This document shows, piece after piece, positions 42,285 through 56,621 of a DNA stretch of 64,000 bases; the stretch's first letter is position 1; every line of letters begins with the position of its first letter. Source of the DNA: Terriglobia bacterium (GTDB lineage Bacteria; Acidobacteriota; Terriglobia; 20CM-2-55-15); assembly GCA_965198225.1 (NCBI GenBank), contig CBDAOY010000009.1:320001-384000 (forward strand). Direction: 5' to 3'. The notes under the pieces are model-generated. The model made no database searches, was not told the DNA's origin, and was given only the letters and a program-made list of their open reading frames with translations. The position numbers and the translations under genes are program-made.

Positions 42285-43703
42285 CTAACGCGTAGCCACC
42301 GGTGCGCGCTCACGCTTCTTCTTGCTGTTGATCCCGTGCCGCTTGATCTTCTGATTTAACGTGGACAGCGGAACGCTGAAGCTTTCGGCTGCCTCGGTTT
42401 GACTCCAGCCGGTCTGTTGGAGGCGCTCGACGATGACCCGCCGCTCGAACGCATCGAGGATCTCGAACAGCGAGCTTTCCTTGTCCATCTCGAGCGAGGC
42501 AAGCGTGGCAAATCGAGGCGAGGGATCGGTGACACTCTCGGGCAGCAAGTCCCGCCCAATCACGTCCCCATACGCCAGCACCACCGACCGCTCGACGACG
42601 TTCTCCAGCTCGCGAACGTTGCCCGGCCACGGGTAATCCATCAGGATCTTCATCGATTCGGAGCTGAAGCGATACATCGGCTTGTCATTCTCTTCGCAAT
42701 ACTTCCGGAAGAAGAAATCGACCAGCAGCGGAACGTCCTCGCGCCTCTCCCGCAGCGGAGGGACATCCAGCGTGATGACGTTCAGGCGATAAAAGAGGTC
42801 CTCGCGGAACTTGCCCGCATCGACCAGCTTCTTCAGGTCGACGTTCGTCGCCGCGACGATCCGCACATCGACCTTGATGGTCTCGGTCCCACCCAGACGC
42901 ATGAATTCGCGTTCCTGGATCACGCGGAGTAGCTTGGCCTGGGTTTCGGGGCCGATAGTTCCGATCTCGTCGAAGAAGATCGTCCCCGAGTCGGCGATCT
43001 CGAACAGACCCTTCTTGGTTGCCACGGCGCTGGTGAACGCTCCACGCACGTGGCCGAACAGCGTGCTCTCGAGAAGGTCGACCGGCATGCTGCCGCTGTT
43101 TACGGGCACGAACGGCCTGTTGGCTCGCGGACTCTTCAGGTGAATGGCCTTGGCGACGAGCTCCTTTCCGGTCCCGCTCTCACCCTGGATCAGGACAGTA
43201 CTGCGGCTCGCCGCAACCTGGGTCACAAGGTCGAGCAGGCGCAGCATCCTGTCGCTCTTCCCAACGATGTTGCTGTAACCGAAACGCTCGTTGAGGGCGC
43301 GCCGCAACTGCTGGTTCTCGCTGTGAAGCTTCCGCTGCTTGATGGCATTGTTGACTATCACCATCAACTTCTCGTTGTTCCAGGGTTTGGTCACATAATC
43401 GTAGGCGCCTGAACGGATCGCGTCGACAGCGGTTTCGATCGCGGCCATAGCCGTGATGATGACGACCGGAAGTGTCGGGTCGATGGCCTTCAGGTCAGGC
43501 TGAATCTCCAGACCGGACCGTCCGGGCAACATCAGATCGAGAAGCACGAGGTCATACAGGTTTTCCTCGACCTTTTGCAGACCTTCCTCGCCCGTGGCTA
43601 CTGATTCGACCGCGAGGCCTTCGGAGCTAAGGAGCAGGTCGAGACTGTCGCGAATCTCCTCTTCGTCGTCGACGATCAGGACCTTGTAGTTTGACTTAGA
43701 CAT
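42285..43703 (-). CDS. Sigma54-dependent response regulator (NtrC/AtoC family)
   Basis: Receiver domain (VLIVDDE), GESGTGKE, GAFTSA variant of GAFTGA, WPGNVREL, HTH; start MSKSNY at 43703. Confidence 0.93.
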   Translation of the reverse strand: MSKSNYKVLIVDDEEEIRDSLDLLLSSEGLAVESVATGEEGLQKVEENLYDLVLLDLMLPGRSGLEIQPDLKAIDPTLPVVIITAMAAIETAVDAIRSGAYDYVTKPWNNEKLMVIVNNAIKQRKLHSENQQLRRALNERFGYSNIVGKSDRMLRLLDLVTQVAASRSTVLIQGESGTGKELVAKAIHLKSPRANRPFVPVNSGSMPVDLLESTLFGHVRGAFTSAVATKKGLFEIADSGTIFFDEIGTIGPETQAKLLRVIQEREFMRLGGTETIKVDVRIVAATNVDLKKLVDAGKFREDLFYRLNVITLDVPPLRERREDVPLLVDFFFRKYCEENDKPMYRFSSESMKILMDYPWPGNVRELENVVERSVVLAYGDVIGRDLLPESVTDPSPRFATLASLEMDKESSLFEILDAFERRVIVERLQQTGWSQTEAAESFSVPLSTLNQKIKRHGINSKKKRERAPVATR

Positions 43704-46440
43704 GCACGGGCTTCCTTGCGAGCGGCAGTTCCAGCCGGAACGCCGTCCCCTTTCCGGGCTCGCTTTCGACGGAGATACTCCCGCCGTGTTCTTGAATGAT
43801 TCCGTAAGTGACCGATAGGCCGAGACCCGTACCCTTGCCGACGTCCTTGGTCGTGAAGAACGGGTCGTAGATCCTCTTGATGTTTTCGCTGCTGATTCCC
43901 GCTCCGGTGTCTTCGATCCACACGCGAAGCTTGGCATCGCTCGCGTCGGTGCGGATCCGGAGGGTTCCTCCCTCCGTCATCGCGTCCTTGGAGTTCAGGA
44001 ACAGGTTCAGGAAAACCTGTTGCAGCTTACCGGCGTTGCCGAACGCCAGTGGGGCTTCCGCCGAGAACTCGCGTTCGACCCGAACCCCGACATTCTTCAA
44101 CTGGTGGCCGAGCAAAGAGATCGTCTCGGCTATGACCTGGTGCACATCCAGCTCGACGAACTCGGTCGCGTTCGTCCTGGAAAAGCTCAAGAGGTTGTTG
44201 ACGATCTCCGAGGCGCGGAACGTCTGCTTGATGATCTTGTCCATCAGCTTGTTCCGTTCGTCACCGGGACTGAGCTGCTTGCGCAACAGCTGCGAGTAGC
44301 TCGAGATGACCGCCAGCGGGGTGTTCACCTCGTGGGCGACGCCGGCGGCGAGCAAGCCCATCGAAGTGAGCCTGTCGTTCTGAGAGAGCTGGTCTTCCAG
44401 TCGGACACGTTCGGTGATGTCGTCCACGATGATCAGCCGGCCCGCTTCGCGGTCTTCCTTGTCGACGAGGGGCGTCGCCGAGAAGTTCACGACCAGGTCA
44501 CCCCAGAGATGCTTGTACAGGTTGCGCTCTTCCCGCAGGCGCTCAAGCGACTGCAGCGGAATGACGTCGGACGTGCTCTTACCGATCATCTTCGACCGTG
44601 GGCTGCCGGTCAGCTTCTCCAGGGCCCGGTTCCAGCCGATGATGCGATCGCCGATCTCGACCATCACGCCGACGCTGATCGACTCGATGATGTTCTCGTT
44701 GAAGTCCTTGAGGCTCTCATACTCGGTGGCCTTGTCTTCGAGCGACCGGTAGAGCGTCGCGTTCTCGACAGCGATGCCGATGTAGTCGGAAACACCCTGG
44801 AGCAGGTCGAGATCTTCGCTGGTGAGGTAGTCCCCGCTCTCGGTGCGACCCATCCCCAAGTAGGCGATTACCCGGTCCTTGGCACGGCAGGGAATAAAGT
44901 AGTTCAGGCCGTGATGCTCTTCGTCCTCGAAGAAGATGTAGGGTTGATCGATGTCTTTCTTGAGGAAAGGATAGACCGTGCCAACCGGCACGTCCAGACC
45001 ATGGGCGCGAGCCATAATGAATCGTAACGGGTCGTCGGGATCTTCTAGCAGTACGGCCATCTGGTCGACGTAGAGCGATCCGGACAGGCGCTCGACGATC
45101 CTGTCGAGTACGGTCTGCAGGTCGACTTCGGTCCCCAGGTTCCGGCCAAAGTCGGTGACAGTCAGACGCAGGTTGTACCGATCCTTGTAGAAAAACTTGT
45201 CCAGCCAGGTCTGAATCTGGTCCTTGGTCGGCGCCAGAAGCAGGGCGGCGATGATCGTCGCCACAACCGGAGCGATGACACCCAGCTGCGGCATACTCTC
45301 ACCGAACAGCCCTCCGACCACCACCACGACGGTGATGTAGAAACCGACGACCGTGGCCGTCGCGAGCGTGTAGGCCATGCCGCGTTTGAACAGGATGTCG
45401 ACATCCATCAAACGATACCGATGGATCGCATACCCGAACGAGATCGGTATGAACGCAAGCGGGAACACGGCGATGTCGGCGTACTCGGACGGTACCATCC
45501 CCAGCATCCGCGGCAGCGACTGGAACACGAAGTAAGGCACAACCGCAACGACGGTGCCGCGCGTCACCCACTTCATCTGCTGGCGGAGCTCTGGCTGCTG
45601 AACGGTGCGGTACGTGTGCATCAGGATGGCCGCACTCGCGATAAAGAACAGGCCGAAATGGAAATCCGTCGCCCCGTCCAGCATATGTCGCAACACGAGT
45701 GGAGAGGGGATGAAGCCCAGGACGCCCGTCACGAAAGCCACCCACGTCACCAGCAGGACGCCGCCTGGCACGTAGAGCAGCGGCAGGGCGAAACGATACT
45801 TCTCGATCCAGGCTTTCTTGAGCGGAAACTCCAGGCAGAAGTGCATGAAGAGCGGTGGCAGGAAGACGTAGGCCGCCTGGTTGGACCAGAAGATCGTCCA
45901 GTCGAAGTCGTTGAACTTCCCGGTGCTCTGAAAGGCGTAGAGAACGAACGAAATCAGGCACACCCAGTAGAAGTGGACCGCGTGGGGCGCACGCCATCGC
46001 TTGGTGATGACGAAGATACCCACCAGCAGATGGAGGATCCCGATGATTTCCAGGTAGGCGAATTGGCTTTCGAATCGATCGGAACGTGGCGCTATGACGA
46101 CCGTGGTTTCGATCTGAGCCTCATCGCGCTCAACATGATAGGTGACTCGGGACCACTCGCCGAGATCGTAGAGCACCTTGGTGACGTGGCGATCATCTTC
46201 GATATCAATGTCGTCGATCGCTACCAGCAGGTCCCCGATCTCGACGCCGGCGCGCGCTCCAGGTCCGGAGGCAACGACTAGGGTAGCTTCGACTCCGCGC
46301 GACGTCTCCATCCAGGACACGCCATCGTCCGGCGCAACCCACTCTCTCTTCTGCTGAACGTTCAGTCCGCCCAGGATGATCATCCCCAGACTGACGATCA
46401 GGGTCGCGATGATTCGGAACGACAATATCCTTCTAGTCAT
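43696..46440 (-). CDS. Sensor histidine kinase with PDZ, multi-TM, GAF and PAS domains
   Basis: GP..RAG...GD.L.AID (PDZ), AHEVNTPL H-box, QVFLNL..N, DPFFTTK..GTGLGL. Confidence 0.92.
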   Translation of the reverse strand: MTRRILSFRIIATLIVSLGMIILGGLNVQQKREWVAPDDGVSWMETSRGVEATLVVASGPGARAGVEIGDLLVAIDDIDIEDDRHVTKVLYDLGEWSRVTYHVERDEAQIETTVVIAPRSDRFESQFAYLEIIGILHLLVGIFVITKRWRAPHAVHFYWVCLISFVLYAFQSTGKFNDFDWTIFWSNQAAYVFLPPLFMHFCLEFPLKKAWIEKYRFALPLLYVPGGVLLVTWVAFVTGVLGFIPSPLVLRHMLDGATDFHFGLFFIASAAILMHTYRTVQQPELRQQMKWVTRGTVVAVVPYFVFQSLPRMLGMVPSEYADIAVFPLAFIPISFGYAIHRYRLMDVDILFKRGMAYTLATATVVGFYITVVVVVGGLFGESMPQLGVIAPVVATIIAALLLAPTKDQIQTWLDKFFYKDRYNLRLTVTDFGRNLGTEVDLQTVLDRIVERLSGSLYVDQMAVLLEDPDDPLRFIMARAHGLDVPVGTVYPFLKKDIDQPYIFFEDEEHHGLNYFIPCRAKDRVIAYLGMGRTESGDYLTSEDLDLLQGVSDYIGIAVENATLYRSLEDKATEYESLKDFNENIIESISVGVMVEIGDRIIGWNRALEKLTGSPRSKMIGKSTSDVIPLQSLERLREERNLYKHLWGDLVVNFSATPLVDKEDREAGRLIIVDDITERVRLEDQLSQNDRLTSMGLLAAGVAHEVNTPLAVISSYSQLLRKQLSPGDERNKLMDKIIKQTFRASEIVNNLLSFSRTNATEFVELDVHQVIAETISLLGHQLKNVGVRVEREFSAEAPLAFGNAGKLQQVFLNLFLNSKDAMTEGGTLRIRTDASDAKLRVWIEDTGAGISSENIKRIYDPFFTTKDVGKGTGLGLSVTYGIIQEHGGSISVESEPGKGTAFRLELPLARKPVHV

Positions 46441-46480
46441 AATTTCGCGCGCCGGACACAACTGTCCGTGAGAAACGACA

Positions 46481-46497
46481 TGCAATCCGACGACCAA
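46481..46497 (-). promoter_or_regulatory. Candidate sigma54 -24/-12 promoter for the kinase/regulator operon
   Basis: Minus strand TTGGTCGTCGGATTGCA (GG-N10-GC) about 40 nt before the ATG. Confidence 0.5.
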
Positions 46498-46585
46498 ACA
46501 ACTACACGTGTTTACACAGCTTTAGCGAGCCATTGGCCCCAAAATACCATTTTTGGAAGACAGAATACAAAAAATTGTATTCTGT

Positions 46586-48229
46586 TCAGAACCTTATGTG
46601 TATGCCGCCCTTGAGGAGCCGGGGGTATAAGGCCTGGACGGTCCTGCGGGACCCGAATGCGGGTTCGAAGAGGTTTCTGGCATCGACCACGGCCTGGAAT
46701 TTGGCCGGGAAGATCTTGAGGCTGGGTAAATCTTGCGCAATCGTGATGCTCAAGGTGGGATCATTAAACTCAGTGAACGGCTGGTACGGATCGACGGGCA
46801 CCATCGAATGCCCCGACGCCCAGCGGTACACGGCGGTGACCGCCGTCTGCGTGAGATCGATGTCGGTCTTGACCCGGGCGGTCACGACATGGAGGTTCTG
46901 GCGCTCGGCCTGGGTTCGGAGATCGTCGGGAGAGATGATGTCCGGATCGAATCCGACGGCGCTGGCAAAGGTGTAGCCCACACCGGCTTCGAAGCTCCGG
47001 AAAGTTCGATCCAGGTGCAATCGCAGGCCGGTCGAGGGAGCCTCACTGCCGTCGAAGAACACGATCGCCCGCCGCCCGTTGACGGCATCGACCAGGAACG
47101 CCTGGGTACCGAGCCGATCCCGGAACGCGGCTGCCGAGACCTGAAGGGATTCCGAGAAAACGTGAGATGCCCCAATCTCGTTGTGGGAGTACTGCTCGGC
47201 CTCGGGCGGGATGTAGACGGAGCGATCGAAATATTCACGACCGCGAATCGGGTCATCGGTGTCGGCAGGTGCTCTCTGAGAGAAGGAGGTCCGGAAGGTG
47301 GTCCGCGCCTGTGGCACCCACGAGACCCCGAACTCGGGCCGGACGTAACTGTTGCTCGTGACGCCCTCCGCCCGCCCGATGTCGGCGCCGTAGTTGAATA
47401 CGAGGTGGTCAGACCACTGCATCTGTTCCTGGTACTCAACTTTGACCTCGCGCGATTGACTGCCTGGGGTGTCAGCGCCGAGCATCGCACCCTGTCGGAC
47501 GTTGATCGCCAACGACGATCGCTTGCGGTCGCCCGGCGAAAACTCATAAGACGCTCCGAACCCGCGCGGCTGATCCGGATTTTCGGTGTACTGCCCCGTC
47601 AGCGTGACCTCCGCGCCGCCACCCAGCGGCATACTGACGGCAAACTGGGAACCGACCGAATCCGAAACTCCCGCCGATGTCTCCACCGCCGCCGAGTAGA
47701 GCTGGAAATAACCGGAGGTCTCCATCCCACCGATGACCTCGTCGACGCTGTCCTCGTCGGTCTCCGGCTCTTCCTCGACCATCCGCAGGATGGGGCGAGT
47801 CGAAGGCGAGCTGCGCAGCACCCACTTCATCTCTTCGAGGCTGCCGCGGCGCACCCCGCGACGGACGATTTCCATGGCGGTCTGGAGATTGATCGTCAGT
47901 GCGGCAGTCGTGCCGGCCGCCAGCTGGACACCCCCGGTGACAGCGGGAAGGAACCGTGGTTTTGTGACCTTGATCGTATAGTTTCCAGCCGCGAGGTTCC
48001 CGATAGAGAACAGGCCGCCACGATCGGTAAAGACGAGACGCTCGCGAAGGTTGGTGTCGGCCGCCTGGATTGCAACGAGCGCCCCAATCAGCGGAGATCC
48101 CGCGCTGTCTTGAACACGCCCGCGGAGGCTGGCCGAGCCCAGTGTCTGAGCCACCGCCGTGCCGGCCCCAAACGCGCACCAAACTACAACCGCGGCCAGG
48201 ATGGCGAACTTTCGCAGGTTTCTCATCAA
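46586..48229 (-). CDS. Outer-membrane beta-barrel protein with N-terminal carboxypeptidase-regulatory-like domain
   Basis: Signal peptide, G.V.D..G.PL.GA.V..G.Y.I domain, amphipathic beta strands, C-terminal Phe. Confidence 0.7.
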   Translation of the reverse strand: MMRNLRKFAILAAVVVWCAFGAGTAVAQTLGSASLRGRVQDSAGSPLIGALVAIQAADTNLRERLVFTDRGGLFSIGNLAAGNYTIKVTKPRFLPAVTGGVQLAAGTTAALTINLQTAMEIVRRGVRRGSLEEMKWVLRSSPSTRPILRMVEEEPETDEDSVDEVIGGMETSGYFQLYSAAVETSAGVSDSVGSQFAVSMPLGGGAEVTLTGQYTENPDQPRGFGASYEFSPGDRKRSSLAINVRQGAMLGADTPGSQSREVKVEYQEQMQWSDHLVFNYGADIGRAEGVTSNSYVRPEFGVSWVPQARTTFRTSFSQRAPADTDDPIRGREYFDRSVYIPPEAEQYSHNEIGASHVFSESLQVSAAAFRDRLGTQAFLVDAVNGRRAIVFFDGSEAPSTGLRLHLDRTFRSFEAGVGYTFASAVGFDPDIISPDDLRTQAERQNLHVVTARVKTDIDLTQTAVTAVYRWASGHSMVPVDPYQPFTEFNDPTLSITIAQDLPSLKIFPAKFQAVVDARNLFEPAFGSRRTVQALYPRLLKGGIHIRF

Positions 48230-48246
48230 ATGGTTTCCCGCGGGAC

Positions 48247-49854
48247 CTAGCGGTTTCCGCCTGCGTCGACAGCTTCCTGTACGATGAACTTGCTCGACTG
48301 CGTGATGATGTCGCCCGACAGGTTGTCGGTGATCCTCACCTGGATCGAGTACTCGCCGGGCTCGAACTCATCGAGCGATACCGACTTCTGAATCGTCATC
48401 TGTTGCGCTGCGTTCGAGACTTCCCGCGAATCATCGACGATCTTCTGCACTTCCTGCCCGTCCCGGGTGATCAGCGTTTCGACCGTCGCGGACGGTTTCA
48501 GCAGGTCTTCATCGATCTGCAGGTTGTAGACTTGGATCCAGTAATTCAGGTCGCGATCCTGCTTGAAACGCTGTTCCACGCTGGGGCGAACTTTCGAACT
48601 GCCCAGGATGAACGCCCCGGAACCGACCTGCCTGGGCGGCAGCGGCTCTATCAGATCGGCGAGAATCAGAGAACTCGCAGCCAGTTGCTCTTCGGGAAAC
48701 CGCGGGACGGCGAGCCGCTGGTTGATGGTCCCCACATCGTTGCTGTTGAGGTCCTTCAGCACGAGATCGATCTTGTACAGACCCGGGCGCAACGGAATTA
48801 CTTTCTGCCACACCGAATAGCTGTCGAGGGCACGCTTGAAGAGCGCGTCGGGGATATCGTTGCGGATCGTGTCTTCGAACACGTGCGCCACCCGACCGTT
48901 GATCCCGGTTACCCGACCGAAGACATTGATCAGCGAACGATGAATGCCGTCGGTTACCTGGAAGGCAATGTCTTCGTTGTCGATCTTGATCGTGACCGGA
49001 GACAGGATGCTGTCCTCGGTCACGCGGACGAAATCGGCACGCATCTCGAACGGCAGCAGGTTGTAGGAGAGCTTCGTGGTAACGATGGTTTCCAGATCCT
49101 TGAACTTGATCTCGGGCGGCTTGAACGCCTTGGCATACTGATCCAACCGCTCGAACTGATTCATCCGGGAAATCCCGCTTGTGTTGCCGTTGATGCGGCG
49201 GTTCGCTTTCGCCTCGGCGGGATCGTCGGACATCTCTTCGTCCAGGGTCAGGCCGCCGGTCGGTGTATACATCAGAGCGTCCTTTTCGAACGGGTCCATC
49301 GTGAGCCGATACTCGCCCGTCAGAGTCGGGTCGACGAACTCGAAAAGGATGTCGCTGCCGATCCCCTCGATGTACCGGTAGTTCCAGATTTCGAACGGGT
49401 AGGTGGTCGTCGTCCCGCCGCCCTCATAGATCGGCCGCTGATAGGTGCCGCCCGCCGGGTGCGACTCTTTGTTGTGGGGCGGACCATGAATGATGTAGAT
49501 CCTCCCACGATCGGTCTTCCAGCCCGGTTTGCCGGATGCGAAACGCTCGTTTGAGTACGCGATGCGCACGTAATGATCCTCGCGATACTCGTTCCCGATT
49601 GTGTCGGGTGTCGGGTCGCGGCGTAACCAGAACTGCTCGATGAACTGCTCCCGCTCTTCGTCGGTCTGTAACGCTTTGAACGCGGCCTTCTCTTCGTCCG
49701 TGATGATGTAGGCTACGTCTTGATCCAACCACCTTGCCAGTGCACGGTTCGCTCGCTCAGCACGCGCGCTTCGGCTGTCACGCTGAGCCTCGGCCGGAAT
49801 CGACACGGCCAGCAGACCGAACACAAGGGCACCCACGATGACTTTACGGTTCAT
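48247..49854 (-). CDS. GWxTD domain-containing protein
   Basis: WL..DV.YII, FW.RRDPTP, GWKTDRGRIYI..GPP. Confidence 0.9.
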   Translation of the reverse strand: MNRKVIVGALVFGLLAVSIPAEAQRDSRSARAERANRALARWLDQDVAYIITDEEKAAFKALQTDEEREQFIEQFWLRRDPTPDTIGNEYREDHYVRIAYSNERFASGKPGWKTDRGRIYIIHGPPHNKESHPAGGTYQRPIYEGGGTTTTYPFEIWNYRYIEGIGSDILFEFVDPTLTGEYRLTMDPFEKDALMYTPTGGLTLDEEMSDDPAEAKANRRINGNTSGISRMNQFERLDQYAKAFKPPEIKFKDLETIVTTKLSYNLLPFEMRADFVRVTEDSILSPVTIKIDNEDIAFQVTDGIHRSLINVFGRVTGINGRVAHVFEDTIRNDIPDALFKRALDSYSVWQKVIPLRPGLYKIDLVLKDLNSNDVGTINQRLAVPRFPEEQLAASSLILADLIEPLPPRQVGSGAFILGSSKVRPSVEQRFKQDRDLNYWIQVYNLQIDEDLLKPSATVETLITRDGQEVQKIVDDSREVSNAAQQMTIQKSVSLDEFEPGEYSIQVRITDNLSGDIITQSSKFIVQEAVDAGGNR

Positions 49855-49928
49855 AAATCACCTCAGAAGACGATGATAGTCAACCATCATTAATAGCAAT
49901 CCAATTATCATAGCATCAAGGGGAGTCC

Positions 49929-50204
49929 TCGGAAGCCTGCTAAAATGCCCCTGATCGGAGCCCGGGACCACCGCCGCTCCGACGCAGGCGCCCCATGACT
50001 AGAGAATACACCCATTAGCGCCCATCGATCGGTGAGGTAAATCGTTAACAGTCAAGGTATTCAGTGGTTTTCGAAACCGCCTACAGCCTTCGGAAGCCTG
50101 CTAAAATGCCCCTGATCGGAGCCCGGGACCACCGCCGCTCCGACGCAGGCGCCCCATGACTAGAGAATACACCCATTAGCGCCCATCGATCGGTGAGGTA
50201 AATC
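49929..50204. repeat. Two identical 115-bp direct repeats (49929-50043 and 50090-50204)
   Basis: tcggaagcctgctaaaatg...cggtgaggtaaatc occurs twice with a period of 161 bp. Confidence 0.9.
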
Positions 50205-50282
50205 ACCTCATGAGACGGCCGGAACAGTCTTTCGTGAGCGTGGCCGGAGGCCGGTAGTCAGTAGTCGGTAGTCAGGTAGGGA

Positions 50283-50726
50283 ATGATGACGTCACTTCAC
50301 CGGTTCAGATGGATGGGGCCCGACACGGTCCTCGTTGCCGCGTGCGCGGTGTGGATGGCAGCCATCGTCGCGGCGCCCCTGCTCGAGTTGGACTGGGTCT
50401 ACACCTTTTTTTCCAGGATCTGTCACCAGTATGCCGAACGCTCGTTCCACCTTGCGGGAGCCCCGCTCGCGGTGTGCATCCGTTGCACTTCCATCTACGC
50501 GGGCTTCCTCATCGCCCTCCTGGCGGGACTCGGACCCAGCAGGCGCCTCCTGATCTGGGCCATCGGTCTGACCGCCGTCGAGTTCTTAATTGCGGGCCTC
50601 TTTGTCGATATAGCCCCCGCTCGCGTCTTCTCAGGGCTGCTGCTTGGGTCTGGGGCCGCCGGTTTCGTTCGGGAAGGGATCCGAGATCTTTTCGTGCGCT
50701 CGGCTTCGGAGAGGAGCTCGGTGTGA
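50283..50726 (+). CDS. DUF2085-like membrane protein
   Basis: ICHQ..ERSF..G.P..VC.RC..IY.G. Confidence 0.8.
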   Translation: MMTSLHRFRWMGPDTVLVAACAVWMAAIVAAPLLELDWVYTFFSRICHQYAERSFHLAGAPLAVCIRCTSIYAGFLIALLAGLGPSRRLLIWAIGLTAVEFLIAGLFVDIAPARVFSGLLLGSGAAGFVREGIRDLFVRSASERSSV

Positions 50727-51343
50727 GGACATGTCGGCAGTGCGGCCTGACTCTGGCCGAGAACGCCCAGTACTGCATGCAGTGCGGTACACCGATCGAT
50801 CGACCCGGACCGCTCAGCCAAATCGGAACCTCGAGCTTTGCCCAGCCGGCCCTGATCGGAGGCGCGGCGCTCGGCATTCTCTCTTCTCTGCCTCTGGTCA
50901 ATCTCGGCAACTGCATCTGCTGCATCTGGGTGATCGGCGGAGGGGCGCTGGCTTCCTGGCTGCTGATCAAACAGCACCCGGGTGGCGCCGGCGGCGCCAC
51001 CTACGGCGACGGGGCATTCGTCGGCGTCCTCAGCGGGATCGTCGGGGCGATGATCACGACGTTGATCTCGCTGCCGTTCCGACTCCTGGCCGCCGAAAGC
51101 CTGCGATCTCAGCAGGAGGCCATCGAGGAACTGCTCAACGAGTATCCGGAAATGGAGGGAGCGATTCGGGAACTGATACTGCGATTGCTATCGCCTGACT
51201 TTTCTTTCACCACCTTGCTGGTGAACTTGCTGATCAACCTGATCGTGTTCTCCCTCTTCGCAATGATTGGAGGGATCATCATGGTGGCGATTCTGAAGAA
51301 GGAACCGCCGCCTGTCGGCGGCGGAGTAGTCAGTAGTCAGTAG
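50723..51343 (+). CDS. Zinc-ribbon domain membrane protein
   Basis: GTG at 50723; CRQCG..YCMQCG followed by several TM helices. Confidence 0.75.
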   Translation: MRTCRQCGLTLAENAQYCMQCGTPIDRPGPLSQIGTSSFAQPALIGGAALGILSSLPLVNLGNCICCIWVIGGGALASWLLIKQHPGGAGGATYGDGAFVGVLSGIVGAMITTLISLPFRLLAAESLRSQQEAIEELLNEYPEMEGAIRELILRLLSPDFSFTTLLVNLLINLIVFSLFAMIGGIIMVAILKKEPPPVGGGVVSSQ

Positions 51344-51472
51344 TCAGTTAAGCAGAAACAGCCGGTAGTAGCTTACACAGAACTCCCCTCCTCAGATGAG
51401 GAGGGGTGGCGCGAAGCGCCGGGGTAGTGCTGAAGATGATGAGGGGCGGCGCGAAACGCCGCCGCTCTTACC

Positions 51473-53110
<1,638 letters not shown>

Positions 53111-53144
53111 CTATGGTTTTACAGGGATAGAAGAATAAAAGGCA

Positions 53145-53171
53145 TTAGCACTCGCGCTAAGCGAGTGCTAA
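53145..53171. promoter_or_regulatory. CIRCE element (HrcA operator)
   Basis: Perfect TTAGCACTC-N9-GAGTGCTAA upstream of groEL. Confidence 0.95.
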
Positions 53172-53225
53172 TCTTACCCAAATCAGGGCTTCCGGATCAA
53201 GGGGGTGCCGAACAGGCCGGAAGCG

Positions 53226-55799
<2,574 letters not shown>

Positions 55800-55830
55800 G
55801 GTCTCTCAGATCTCCGGCTATGGCTGGCCA

Positions 55831-56277
55831 TCACTCCGAGGTAATCTTGATCTGTTTCGGTCTCGCCTTGTCCCTCTTGGGTAGCGAAATCGACAACACG
55901 CCGTCGTTGTAATCCGCCCGGATCTTGTCTTCGTTCACCATCGCGGGGATCGAAAACGAGCGGGTGAAGGAACCGTAGGACCGTTCGATTCGGTGATAGC
56001 TCTCTTCCTTAGTCTCCTTTTGAAACTTCCGGTCACCCTTCAAAGTGAGCACGTTGTTCTCCAGACTCAGCTCGATGTCCTTGCGCCCCATGCCTGGGAC
56101 CTCGGCCTGAACGATGATCTGGTCCTCGGTCTCGAAAATGTCCACGGCCGGGCTCCACGCGGTGGTCGCCGACGGTTCATCGGATCTCCATCCCCGGTTA
56201 GCCTCCTCGAAGAGGCGATTCATACGGTCCTGCAGTGTGTTTAAATCTCGAAATGGATCCCATCGAATAACGGCCAC
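55831..56277 (-). CDS. Hsp20/alpha-crystallin small heat-shock protein
   Basis: P.VDIFE, ERSYGSF.RSF, A.Y.DGVL.I.LPK. Confidence 0.93.
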   Translation of the reverse strand: MAVIRWDPFRDLNTLQDRMNRLFEEANRGWRSDEPSATTAWSPAVDIFETEDQIIVQAEVPGMGRKDIELSLENNVLTLKGDRKFQKETKEESYHRIERSYGSFTRSFSIPAMVNEDKIRADYNDGVLSISLPKRDKARPKQIKITSE

Positions 56278-56317
56278 CGATAGCCCTCTATAATTTAGTC
56301 ACACGTCATGATATATA

Positions 56318-56338
56318 TATGAGTGTTGTGGTGTCAAG
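56318..56338 (-). promoter_or_regulatory. Promoter -35 (TTGACA) overlapping a HAIR-like inverted repeat
   Basis: Minus strand CTTGACA-N7-ACTCATA versus HspR consensus CTTGAGT-N7-ACTCAAG; AT-rich -10 region follows. Confidence 0.45.
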
Positions 56339-56621
56339 TTTTAACATCTCGCCCGGCTTGCCGATGGTCTACCCCAAACGCGCGACGACGTGGCGGCGAT
56401 CTAGATTAAAGCCCTATTATACAATAATTTATATGGTCGACTGGGCACAACCGATACCGCGGTTGCTCCAGACATTCCTCGTGGTTTGGTGTCAGAACCA
56501 TGGCGGGCTTCGACGGGTCCCTGAACACTGGCCTGTAGTTTATGGTGTGGAGAATGTGCAGAGCATGCCGGGGGCACCAACCCGGGCGTCCGTCGGACCA
56601 AGCTGATATCATTGCAACCGC

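Noticed and set aside
46733-49554. 505-aa and 494-aa plus-strand ORFs
   Set aside because: Antisense to the well-supported outer-membrane and GWxTD genes
50309-50722. N-terminal extension of the 344-aa ORF
   Set aside because: Overlaps the DUF2085-like gene; the likely start is GTG 50723
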